Origin: Candidatus Thorarchaeota archaeon
Lineage (GTDB): Archaea > Asgardarchaeota > Thorarchaeia > Thorarchaeales > Thorarchaeaceae
Length of the DNA stretch: 46,091 nucleotides
Assembly: GCA_020348985.1 (NCBI GenBank)
Contig: CP070761.1
Coordinates: 1,206,448 to 1,252,538 of the forward strand
Direction: 5' to 3'
Every line of letters begins with the position of its first letter. Position 1 is the stretch's first letter. The notes under the pieces are model-generated. The model ran no database searches. It was not told where the DNA came from and saw only the letters and a program-made list of their open reading frames with translations. Shown here in pieces: positions 9,447 to 18,278 of this stretch. Both the position numbers and the translations under genes were made by a program.

Positions 9447-9947
9447 TTGAATCACAAAAATGTCAAAGTGGCCATGATTGGTGCAGGGGGATGCGGTAAG
9501 AGCACAATTGCATCAAGATTGGTCACAGGGTCGTTCCTAGACCAGACAATGACAAGAGGGCTCAACATTGACACATGGAGTATTGTTGATTGCGAAGAAG
9601 AAGCAGTGATTACGGCTGCGATTTTTGATTTGGGAGGACAAGAACAGTTTCGATTCTTCCATGAGGACCTCGCGCAAGGTGCCCATATGGTCATGCTTGT
9701 CTTTGATGTGAGCAGATTCAAGACAATGCTAGAGATTGACGAATGGCTTGGACTGATAGAGCACATTCCAAAGGAGAAGTGGATTCTAGTCGGCAACAAG
9801 ACAGACTTGAACGCAACGATAGAGGAGTCAGAGATCAAAGCAAAGGCTGAGGAACTTGGGATTCGATATGTTCTGGTGAGCACAAAGACGGGGGACAATT
9901 TCGAAGAACTTGCGAGTAGTGTGAAGCGGATACTGAGAGATACATGA
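9447..9947 (+). CDS. Rab/Ras-like small GTPase
   Basis: G1 GAGGCGKS, G2 Thr (TMTRG), G3 DLGGQEQF, G4 NKTD, G5 STK. Start probably TTG 9447 (track start is 9348). Confidence 0.92.
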   Translation: MNHKNVKVAMIGAGGCGKSTIASRLVTGSFLDQTMTRGLNIDTWSIVDCEEEAVITAAIFDLGGQEQFRFFHEDLAQGAHMVMLVFDVSRFKTMLEIDEWLGLIEHIPKEKWILVGNKTDLNATIEESEIKAKAEELGIRYVLVSTKTGDNFEELASSVKRILRDT

Positions 9948-9956
9948 AAGGAGGAT

Positions 9957-10778
9957 ATGAGAATGGCGAAAGAAGCCCTAGAGCATGTCTATGCATACTG
10001 CACCAAGTGCAATGAGAATATCCTCTTGGAGATTGACGACGAAGAGATTCAGTCCTCATCTGGAGGCATTACGGCGGTCTTATCGGTACATGGGAGCCCA
10101 CAACACGCCGCTCTTGTCTATGTTGACAAACAGCTAAAGGTCAGGGGCATCGAGTATCCATCCATTGTACAAGTCGCCGAAAATCAGGAAGCTATCACGG
10201 AGGCTGCTGAACTCACTGAAGTTCCAGAGCACAATTTGGAATCGGTGGTCAGCTCGTTCGGAGATAGGCAGGAAAGCGCAGTTGAGACCCTTGCATCAGT
10301 CTTAGTTCAGCTCATGATTCGGAATCCTGTTTACCTCATTCACAACAATCAGGATATGGGAAAAGTGGTCGAGCAGCAACTTGAAGCGCTCTTTGAGAGA
10401 CAAGAGACGCCAATGCAGGTCATCTCCTATGACGAACTAGAAAGCGTAGAAGGGATGAGACCATCAGTCTTTGATCTTCAAACCTATCGCTTTGTGTCAG
10501 AAGGAGCTTCTGTGGATTCAGAGTACTTTGAGGAGCTAATCTATCAGGGCTTGGAAGACGATGCAGGCTTTTCTAGCTTGAAGAGCGAGCTTAGCAAGCT
10601 CACGTACTCCTACCGTCGAATCTGTGACTTGTTGACCGTGGGTGCGAAGAGATTCGAGATTGACAATCTAGCGAGATTAGCGCAGATCAAGAAGTCGCTG
10701 ATGCCGCTTCTGCTAAGAATGGCAGAGGCGGAAGGCGTCGATGTCGGCTCCAGAGTGAGGGGAAGGATCCGAAGCTAG
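9957..10778 (+). CDS. Hypothetical protein with N-terminal CxxC...H...H putative Zn-binding domain
   Basis: Starts 9 bp after the GTPase stop with a GGAGG SD. YCTKC...VHGSPQH...YVDKQLKVRG. Confidence 0.7.
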   Translation: MRMAKEALEHVYAYCTKCNENILLEIDDEEIQSSSGGITAVLSVHGSPQHAALVYVDKQLKVRGIEYPSIVQVAENQEAITEAAELTEVPEHNLESVVSSFGDRQESAVETLASVLVQLMIRNPVYLIHNNQDMGKVVEQQLEALFERQETPMQVISYDELESVEGMRPSVFDLQTYRFVSEGASVDSEYFEELIYQGLEDDAGFSSLKSELSKLTYSYRRICDLLTVGAKRFEIDNLARLAQIKKSLMPLLLRMAEAEGVDVGSRVRGRIRS

Positions 10779-10899
10779 AGGCGAGTCCGAATCTGAGCAA
10801 TCGGATTGCGTCGTTCAACCTCTATTTATCGCGAATCATTGGCTGGTTGCTCTGATAGACGAAACTGTCAATGGATTCATGGATTGAGGTTAGGTCTCG

Positions 10900-11946
10900 A
10901 TGACAAGCGAAGAACCAGAAGTAGCATTCAAGGTGATAGGAGATATTTTGGTTGCGAGCATTCGAAGGACAATTCAAAGTCGAAATGAGCTAATGCCGCT
11001 CTTCAAAAACTTAGAGGAGTCAGTCTCTGAATACATCTGTGGCCCTCCAATGACCATTTTTCATTTGGACACTCCTGTAGAAGGTTTCGATGCTGAAGCG
11101 GCGTTCCCTGTAAGAGAACCAGTTGAAGCAGGTGGGATCAGAAGTAGGATAGTCTCCGGAGGGGAGGCGTGGAGCGTGATGCACTATGGTTCGTATGAGA
11201 ACTTGGCTCAATCTGCCCAGAAGTTACACAAGTACCGTCATTCAAGGGGGCTGGCGACAGCACTGTTGCCAAGAGAGATCTATCACGCGGGTCCATTTGA
11301 AGACAATCCAGAAGATAACGTTACTGAGGTCGTAGACGTCGTTCATGATTGGCAAGACAGGTTCTGGAATGGACTCGGAGAGATATTGGGAGAGGATACC
11401 AGAGCTAAAATAGTTGAAGGTGCAGAAGAAATAACTCCGCATTCGACAGGCTTTGAGAGAGGGGCTTGGGTGAAGACTGCCCTCAAGAGACTAGAGGAAC
11501 ATGCTGACGAAGAGCAAATCTCGGAGATAATCTGCCGATGCGCCCATGTTCGCCCAGGGGCAGACATTGCACAATTCAGAGAGGTTTACGAGAAGAACCA
11601 CGATCTCGACGAACTGATGGCAGCGTATGCAGAGAGTCAAGGATGGATTGAGAAGCCCTACAGAAAAGGAAACGTAATCTACACAACCAAGGTCCCCATG
11701 AACAGAGAAGGGTGGGAGAATGCAACCACGCTGAAGGAAAAGATTCCTCAGTTCTGCTATTGCCCGGTCGTGCATCACCTATTAGACGAGACTCCGAGTA
11801 TCTTCTGTCATTGTGGTGGTGGTTGGGCTCGTCAAGTCTTCGAAGGAGTACTTGGTGTAAAAGTCAAAGTGAAGCTTCTGAAGACCGTCGTCGCTGGTGA
11901 CAACGTGTGCGCATGGGAATTGCATCTGCCTGAAGATTTCGCCTAA
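10900..11946 (+). CDS. GyrI-like effector-binding domain fused to a Cys-rich V4R/DUF6144-like domain
   Basis: N-half has GPPMTIFH, HYGSYENL and PREIY (GyrI/AraC_E_bind-like). C-half has CRCA, CYCP, FCHCGGGW and GDNVC. Confidence 0.72.
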   Translation: MTSEEPEVAFKVIGDILVASIRRTIQSRNELMPLFKNLEESVSEYICGPPMTIFHLDTPVEGFDAEAAFPVREPVEAGGIRSRIVSGGEAWSVMHYGSYENLAQSAQKLHKYRHSRGLATALLPREIYHAGPFEDNPEDNVTEVVDVVHDWQDRFWNGLGEILGEDTRAKIVEGAEEITPHSTGFERGAWVKTALKRLEEHADEEQISEIICRCAHVRPGADIAQFREVYEKNHDLDELMAAYAESQGWIEKPYRKGNVIYTTKVPMNREGWENATTLKEKIPQFCYCPVVHHLLDETPSIFCHCGGGWARQVFEGVLGVKVKVKLLKTVVAGDNVCAWELHLPEDFA

Positions 11947-12046
11947 GAGACCGCTAGCATCTCTGGAAGTAACTTGAATTCGGCGCGGGTACCCATACTG
12001 CGGCTGGCGCTTCCGAAACAACGAGGCAGAGAAGGTGCTATTCAGT

Positions 12047-12511
12047 CTACTCGACTTTTCGGAGAACTACCCTGGATACTCCAGGGATCTTCTTGAGACT
12101 CTCCTCAAGCTCCTTGAGGGTCTTCTCAAGTTGGTCGGGTACGAAGTAGCACTCGTAGTAACACTTCTCGCCACGAAGACATACGCCTGTGGTGAAGATG
12201 ATGTCACTAAGCTTTGCATCATTGAAGGCAAAGTTCAGCTGCTTCAGGAAGTTTCGGGAAAGGTCGCTAATCTCAATTCTGAGGAGGTAAATCTCGTCAC
12301 TGGCAACCGGGAAGATCTTGACAACCCGGTCCTTGTGGTGCATCACAGTCAGAGCTGCGCTTTCTCCCATATCCTTTATGAACTCTGATGGGAATTCGAC
12401 AGACTTGCCACCCTCGAAGTTCAGAATGATTGCAGATGTTGCACCCTCTCTATCAATAACCATCTTTATACTTCCTACAGTAATGGTTGTACTCGGTGAT
12501 GTGTCAATCAC
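12047..12511 (-). CDS. Hypothetical protein, probable AbrB-like plus ACT-like fold
   Basis: Clean 154-aa ORF. C-terminal LKELEESLKKIPGVSRV is ACT/ferredoxin-like. Confidence 0.55.
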   Translation of the reverse strand: MIDTSPSTTITVGSIKMVIDREGATSAIILNFEGGKSVEFPSEFIKDMGESAALTVMHHKDRVVKIFPVASDEIYLLRIEISDLSRNFLKQLNFAFNDAKLSDIIFTTGVCLRGEKCYYECYFVPDQLEKTLKELEESLKKIPGVSRVVLRKVE

Positions 12512-12552
12512 TCTTGATAAATGATTCTATGATAATCGGTGATTATCACGTA

Positions 12553-13812
12553 TCAGGTATCCGAGAGGTGTGCAGAGTCCGAATCCGATGTTTCTGAATT
12601 GCTTTGTCGGTCATTTATGTTAGTGAGCTCACGTTCACTCCGAACTAGCCATGTATCTACGATTTCTTCTCCTTCAGCCACGTAGTAAGAGTCGGAAAGA
12701 TTCGCTGTGAGGCATGAATGGTTAGGGAGTATTCTGACCTTATGACCAACTTGGGCCTTTCTGAGTGGTGAAGTGTTTCCAACCAACACCGTACCATGTT
12801 CCTGAGAGAGCCCCTCGATTAGAGTATCTTGGGCAATTGCACCATTATTGTAGTCGGTGAAGATGCGGCCGTATCCACAGTCAGGATAGAGATGAACTGG
12901 ACCTCGGTCCTTTGATAGTGCTGTTGCACCTGCATCAACCACGATGTGTGTGTTGTAGTTTCCCAGGACAGATGAGAGAACCGTCAGAGCACAGTCACGG
13001 CTCTTGCAGGATCCTATTGCCAGCTGATGATAGTCGAAAAACACGTAGCTCCCAGGCCGGATCTCTGTTATTCCTTCCTTAATGGGCGCGTCATACATCA
13101 TCGTGGGAGTCGATCCAATGCTAACGGTTTCAGGAGTCAAGTCACTACTCTTGTTCGTCAGACGACGCGCAAAATCGATCATGACATGCTGCTCTTGGGA
13201 AGCCACTCGCTGGATGTCTGAAGAATCCTTTGTGTAATAGGAGTGACCAGCATGAGTTAGTATCCCCTCAAAGCCCAAGTAAGGTGAATCCACAATTTCC
13301 TGGGCTATGTCAATGGATTTGGGGCTCTCAGGATCAACGCCGCATCTATGATAACCACAATCCACCTTCATCATTACCTTGAGTTGAATGTCGTTTTCTC
13401 TACATGCCGAATGCAGTGCCCGGACTACGTCCTGAGAGTCAACAAGCACCTTCAAATTCGATTCGGAAGCGATCTCGACGGCTGTTGGGATCCAACCAAG
13501 AGCTAGCGGCACCGCAAGTATCAAATCTTCGAATCCGTTGCCTGTCAAAACCCTTGCTTCGGCGAGAGTAGAGACCGTAAACCCCTTTGCCCCATATTTC
13601 TGTTGGAGATGCACGATTTCCAAACACTTGTGAGTCTTTATGTGAGGACGAAGCGACACGTCATTCAACGCGGCTTTTACCGACATCCGCTCTATGTTTC
13701 TCAGAAGTCGGGGTCTGTCGATTACAGTGGCCGGAGTCACTAGATCACTGAGGTACATGGAAAGCTGTCTACCGTTGTCACCCATATAGGTATCTGTTGA
13801 CTGGTGGACCAT
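12553..13812 (-). CDS. Fold-type III PLP enzyme, D-serine dehydratase/D-threonine aldolase (DSD1) family
   Basis: LVTPA, LRPHIKTHK (PLP Lys), HRCGV, THAGHSY, GSTPT, RPGSYVFFD, SQEHG, PNHSC. Start may be MYLSD near 13758. Confidence 0.9.
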   Translation of the reverse strand: MVHQSTDTYMGDNGRQLSMYLSDLVTPATVIDRPRLLRNIERMSVKAALNDVSLRPHIKTHKCLEIVHLQQKYGAKGFTVSTLAEARVLTGNGFEDLILAVPLALGWIPTAVEIASESNLKVLVDSQDVVRALHSACRENDIQLKVMMKVDCGYHRCGVDPESPKSIDIAQEIVDSPYLGFEGILTHAGHSYYTKDSSDIQRVASQEQHVMIDFARRLTNKSSDLTPETVSIGSTPTMMYDAPIKEGITEIRPGSYVFFDYHQLAIGSCKSRDCALTVLSSVLGNYNTHIVVDAGATALSKDRGPVHLYPDCGYGRIFTDYNNGAIAQDTLIEGLSQEHGTVLVGNTSPLRKAQVGHKVRILPNHSCLTANLSDSYYVAEGEEIVDTWLVRSERELTNINDRQSNSETSDSDSAHLSDT

Positions 13813-13879
13813 TCCAGTTTCGCATCATCCGTAAAAGTCTAATGCAAGATTACTCGCGCGTTCAGAAGAGGATCATATC

Positions 13880-14893
13880 GTGAAACCAGAAACCGCAGCC
13901 GCGAATGCCCTTGAATATGTCTTGGAGGCCCGTGCAGGAGAATCCCTGCTCATTGTGTGCGACGAAGAGAAGAGTGAGATAGGTCAGGCTTTTGCCAGAG
14001 GGGCCCTGGAGATTGGTCTATGGACAAGACTCGAAATTCTCAAGGCGCCGGAGAACGGATACAGAACCGAAGTTCCAAAGCACCTTGTTGAGATGATCAA
14101 TTCACCAAATCCGCCGGACATTTTCATCAATATACTGCGTGGTCCCGCTCAGGAAACTCCATTCCGAATCAAAGTGATCAAGCTCGAGACTCGAAAAGGA
14201 AGATCGCGACTAGGTCACTGTCCCGGGATCACGATGGACATGCTTACGGAAGGTGCATTGGCTCTCACCGGAGAAGAGCATAAAGAGATTCAGGGAACAG
14301 CAAGACGCATTTTGACCACACTGCAGAATGTCGAAGAAGTGCATGTTGTATCTCCAAGTGGTTCAGATTTTACTCTAGGGGTGAAAGGTCGAACTTGGTT
14401 TTCTGACACCTACCTTAACTGGAAAGACATGAAATGGATGAACTTGCCAACAGGCGAGGTGATTGTCGGACCTGTCGAGACTGAGATGAACGGAAGACTC
14501 GTTTGTGATCTGGCGATTGGAGGAATAGGTCCGTTGAAGAAGTCTGTCAACATTGAGGTTGCTAACGGGAGAGTTGTAGAGATCTCCTCTGACGACGGTG
14601 AAGCCCTGCGTATAGTTGAGGAAGCTCAGGCAACCGATGAGATGGCAAAGCACATCGGCGAGTTTGCACTTGGCCTCAATCCAAAAGCGAGAATCGTTGA
14701 GGAGTTTCTAGAAAGCGAGAAGGTGGGCAACACGATTCACGTTGCTTTTGGCAACAACATGGACTATCCAGGCACAGTGGCCAACAACTCTGCCAATCAT
14801 CAGGACTTCCTGGTGGATAAGCCAACTATTACCGTGAAGTACTCTGACGGAAGAGAGCTTGTACTTATGGAAAAGGGCCAGATCAAAGTCTAA
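13880..14893 (+). CDS. M29/aminopeptidase T-like metallopeptidase
   Basis: HCPGIT, NLPTGEV, IGEFALGLNP, ESEK...HVAFGNN, HQD. Confidence 0.85.
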   Translation: MKPETAAANALEYVLEARAGESLLIVCDEEKSEIGQAFARGALEIGLWTRLEILKAPENGYRTEVPKHLVEMINSPNPPDIFINILRGPAQETPFRIKVIKLETRKGRSRLGHCPGITMDMLTEGALALTGEEHKEIQGTARRILTTLQNVEEVHVVSPSGSDFTLGVKGRTWFSDTYLNWKDMKWMNLPTGEVIVGPVETEMNGRLVCDLAIGGIGPLKKSVNIEVANGRVVEISSDDGEALRIVEEAQATDEMAKHIGEFALGLNPKARIVEEFLESEKVGNTIHVAFGNNMDYPGTVANNSANHQDFLVDKPTITVKYSDGRELVLMEKGQIKV

Positions 14894-14967
14894 TCTGCCA
14901 GAATCATAGAGTCAAGAGAAAACAGAATGTGTGATGGCCAATTGCCACCACACATGACTTTAATCTG

Positions 14968-16278
14968 TTATAGATCAGGTCCACTTCGCTGCGCACTGTC
15001 ATAGGCGTTAGAGAGCTCACGTTCCATGGCTGCTGGAATGACAGTCTCTCTGAAGTCACCTTCCTGCCTGCGGATGAACACATAGAGCAACGTAACGTAG
15101 ACGATGTCGAACGTACGTAGGACTAGCGTACTGGGTATACTGGAGAATATGACGAATACTACAGTAATGATCAGCGTCGTTATGAGGTCTCCAGTGAAGA
15201 ACCAACCTATTGCTGCTCCAGCAAGAGCGAATCCAATGAAGAAGATGAAAGCCAGTACACCAAAAGCCCATCGTACAGCGGTCTCTTTTATGATAACGTC
15301 AACGAAGTTGTTCTTAACGAGGCCCGCGCTTCGCTTAATGCCGTCTTTAGCACCGAGTTCTTCTGCAACCATCGCAGGGATGGTGAAGTAGTTGATTAAT
15401 GCCCAAATCCATCCAACGATTCCGGCTGCCGTTCCTCCAACAACTGCACCTACCCCTCCGGCCTCTCGACCTATGCGTCGCAAGATCATTTGTATGATGA
15501 CTACAACAACACTCGCCAAGCTAAGTACAATAATACCTCCGATAACTCCAAGGGCGGCTCTATATCCATCTCCGAGTGTTGGGTCTCGTCCGCGCATGTA
15601 GATATACACTATTCCAGATGTAGTCGCGTACGAGAATTGATAGAAGAATATCGTCATGAAAAGGAACAGGACAAGACCGACTCCTATTGGCCAGCCATTC
15701 TCAATGGTCAATTCCTGTGTGCCCAAAAAGACCTCCACAGGAGTGAACTGAAGGATTATCGCTCCGAACATCATTGCTGAAATGAGTGTGAAAATCATTG
15801 TCAGAAGCGGTGGTACAAAAGTGCCTTTCTCGTCAAGAGTAACCTGCCCCGTCAACTTGATGATTTCTCCAGCTCGACGAACACGATCCTTGAAAACCGT
15901 CAACAGGAGGAGAGTTATTAAGAGCGTGAAGATGCCAGGGATGAAAATAGGCCATGCAGTACTAATTGGAACTCCCAGTATGATTGGGATGATTGCAATT
16001 CCTAGTGTTATCACATTCAGGAAGAACGCTCCTATGTAGATAAGAGTGCCACCAAGTCTTCGAGCTATCATTGAAGCCACGATTGCGAAACCTAGACTCA
16101 AGACTATCAATCCAAAGAAGATGGCGATGATCCCACCTATGTTTGCAGTCAGCCACTCAGGCAAGCCAATGCTCTGAATGGCTGCCATCACTTGGGCACC
16201 GTAAACTGTCCAAAGTGCCCAAAGCGAGTAGGAACCCCAAGCAAAGAAGAGCCCAAATACAATCAAGATCCCAGCCAT
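14968..16278 (-). CDS. Polytopic membrane protein, choline-transporter-like (CTL/SLC44/Pns1; DUF6159-related)
   Basis: About 10 hydrophobic segments with CTL-like motifs (see findings). The frame stays open about 30 codons upstream of ATG 16278. Confidence 0.65.
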   Translation of the reverse strand: MAGILIVFGLFFAWGSYSLWALWTVYGAQVMAAIQSIGLPEWLTANIGGIIAIFFGLIVLSLGFAIVASMIARRLGGTLIYIGAFFLNVITLGIAIIPIILGVPISTAWPIFIPGIFTLLITLLLLTVFKDRVRRAGEIIKLTGQVTLDEKGTFVPPLLTMIFTLISAMMFGAIILQFTPVEVFLGTQELTIENGWPIGVGLVLFLFMTIFFYQFSYATTSGIVYIYMRGRDPTLGDGYRAALGVIGGIIVLSLASVVVVIIQMILRRIGREAGGVGAVVGGTAAGIVGWIWALINYFTIPAMVAEELGAKDGIKRSAGLVKNNFVDVIIKETAVRWAFGVLAFIFFIGFALAGAAIGWFFTGDLITTLIITVVFVIFSSIPSTLVLRTFDIVYVTLLYVFIRRQEGDFRETVIPAAMERELSNAYDSAQRSGPDL

Positions 16279-16429
16279 TGCTCTGCGATGGCTTGGGAAC
16301 TCATTCTGTTCATGATACGTATAGATGTCTGCTTCTACCAGAACAATCCTCTCCCGATTTGTAGCGATTGTCTAAACCTTGCCAACGTACTAGTTAAACC
16401 TTGGCACTGAAGGATATACTAGCTGCGAT

Positions 16430-16960
16430 ATGGTAATGTATTTGAGATGCTTGGGCAGTCAGAAGACTATGGAAGACTCCAAGACGATAGATGAGATTCT
16501 GTACTGTGATCCAGGACGGGTATTCTGCAGGACCCGTGAGGTTCTACTAGGTGTTGATGGTAGTGAAGCCGCGGCACGAGCTGCGACTGTTGCCTTCGAA
16601 CTGGCAGAGATGACAGAATCAAAGTTGTTTATCCTTCATGTTCTCTCAACTCCAACTATCACGCAGTATTCAATGATGTCCGATGCCAACCTCGATGAAG
16701 TGATGGCCAAATACCGGGAGAATGGAAAGAAGCTATTGAAAGGCTACGGAGCGGCTGCAGAAGATTTTGGCGTCAAATGTGAGCTAGTCCTGGAGGAGGG
16801 GCTCCCTGCAGATCGCATCATCAGCGTCGCCAAGGAAAAAGATGTAGATATAATTGTGATGGGCTCTCAAGGTTTGGAAACGGGAAAGAGACCTGGAATG
16901 GGCGGATCTACCGAGAGAGTTATCCTGGGAACCGATTGCCCAGTACTAGTTGTTAAGTAG
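16430..16960 (+). CDS. Universal stress protein (UspA family)
   Basis: VLLGVDGS, LFILHV, G.PADRI...DIIVMGSQG...MGGSTERV...CPVLVV. Confidence 0.93.
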   Translation: MVMYLRCLGSQKTMEDSKTIDEILYCDPGRVFCRTREVLLGVDGSEAAARAATVAFELAEMTESKLFILHVLSTPTITQYSMMSDANLDEVMAKYRENGKKLLKGYGAAAEDFGVKCELVLEEGLPADRIISVAKEKDVDIIVMGSQGLETGKRPGMGGSTERVILGTDCPVLVVK

Positions 16961-17257
16961 CCAAACGGGGGGATTTCTTGTTTTGGAAGATGCCTCGTTC
17001 CATATGGACGAGTCTCTTGCGAGACCAATCAGTTTTCTGATTGAGAGGAATTGCTCAGCGGCCGAAGCATAGACATCTGCGATCTCTTCTGCGAAATCCT
17101 TGGGAATTCCTTGCTTCACGAGTTGCTCTTTTAGTAGCTTCTTCCCATGCTTGACCTGGCCTTGCGCTCTCAGCATAGATGCATAGGCCCTAGCGATTAG
17201 CTTGATGCTGCCTGACAATGCAGTCCAGATGATAGAGCCAACTTCTTGTGCGCTCAT
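16946..17257 (-). CDS. Hypothetical helical protein
   Basis: Third gene of a tight minus-strand operon; motif LVKQGIPKDFAEEI. Confidence 0.6.
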   Translation of the reverse strand: MSAQEVGSIIWTALSGSIKLIARAYASMLRAQGQVKHGKKLLKEQLVKQGIPKDFAEEIADVYASAAEQFLSIRKLIGLARDSSIWNEASSKTRNPPVWLLNN

Positions 17258-17262
17258 TGCGT

Positions 17263-17682
17263 CTAGTCCTCATCATCATCGAAGTCTCGACTTGTCTTTA
17301 TTCCTCGGTCACTAATGCTTACTTGATCCATGAACTTCATGAAGTCCAGACCGGCCACATATTTCTTTGTCAGCTCAAGTGCCATCTCTTCAGGAATGCC
17401 TTCCTCCTTGAGCTTCCGATAGAATCCACCGATGGCTGCTGCCATGCTTGCTGCGGCCTCAGGACTGTAGACGCTTCCAATCAGACCTGAAATGAGTTTC
17501 GGGATTTGCTCTGTAACAACTCCGAGAATCTCTCCAACCTCTTCGGCCTCGGTCTGTTCACCTCGTCTCTTACGTTCTTTCTTAGTATCTTGCTCTTTGT
17601 CTTCACTCAATGAGTGTTCACCATGTTTTACTATGGGGTGGTCACTGGATATACTGTTACTGGTCAGAAGTGGCCACCTCAT
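17263..17682 (-). CDS. Hypothetical helical protein
   Basis: AIGGFYRKLKEEGIPEEMALELTKKY motif; start uncertain. Confidence 0.65.
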   Translation of the reverse strand: MRWPLLTSNSISSDHPIVKHGEHSLSEDKEQDTKKERKRRGEQTEAEEVGEILGVVTEQIPKLISGLIGSVYSPEAAASMAAAIGGFYRKLKEEGIPEEMALELTKKYVAGLDFMKFMDQVSISDRGIKTSRDFDDDED

Positions 17683-17700
17683 TGATCCTGTGAATCGTAA

Positions 17701-18183
17701 TCATTTTGCAAGTGCGAAGAGACGGGCCCGACCGTCCTCATCCTCGATCACTGTGAGAATGCTCCGTTCCACCAGTGTGTTGATTCTCTCCCTGACTATT
17801 CTTCTAGAGGCGGTTCCTCTTTCGGCTCGGACTGATGCAGTGATTTGACTGATATTCAGAGGGCGCGAACCATCAAGAATCTGAATGATCCGCCAGCTGA
17901 TTTCATCCTTTTTGAGATCACCGTATCTAGATTCAAGTCGCTCTGCTCGTGTGAACTTGGACATTAGCTTGACCATGCCATCATAGAACTCAAAGCCCTC
18001 ACGTATTACCCTGGCCGACTCGCTCACCTCATCAATCCCCGGACCAATTCGCTCCATTAGACGTTCTACTCTGGCCAGTCTAGCCGAAATCTCGTCAAGA
18101 CGATCTTGAACATCATCAATTGTCAGCTCGTCGTCTCTTTCGTTTTCATCGTCCTTTGTGGAAGGCTTGCTCTTCTTTGTCAA
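17701..18183 (-). CDS. Coiled-coil plus C-terminal winged-helix protein (putative regulator)
   Basis: N-terminal heptad repeats; IIQIL...LNISQIT...ASRRIVRERINTLVERSIL (wHTH). AGGAG SD upstream of a TTG start. Confidence 0.7.
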   Translation of the reverse strand: MTKKSKPSTKDDENERDDELTIDDVQDRLDEISARLARVERLMERIGPGIDEVSESARVIREGFEFYDGMVKLMSKFTRAERLESRYGDLKKDEISWRIIQILDGSRPLNISQITASVRAERGTASRRIVRERINTLVERSILTVIEDEDGRARLFALAK

Positions 18184-18230
18184 TCAGGAGTCGCCTAACC
18201 ACTCGGTAACACTGACGAATAAGTATCTTG

Positions 18231-18250
18231 GGAAAAAAGCGTTTAAGGAA
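18231..18250 (+). promoter_or_regulatory. Putative archaeal BRE-TATA promoter for the CLC gene
   Basis: GGAAAAAAGCGTTTAAGG: purine-rich BRE-like run plus TTTAAG about 32 bp upstream of ATG 18279. Confidence 0.4.
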
Positions 18251-18278
18251 GAGTTGTCTATCCAGAGGCTGAAGATAG

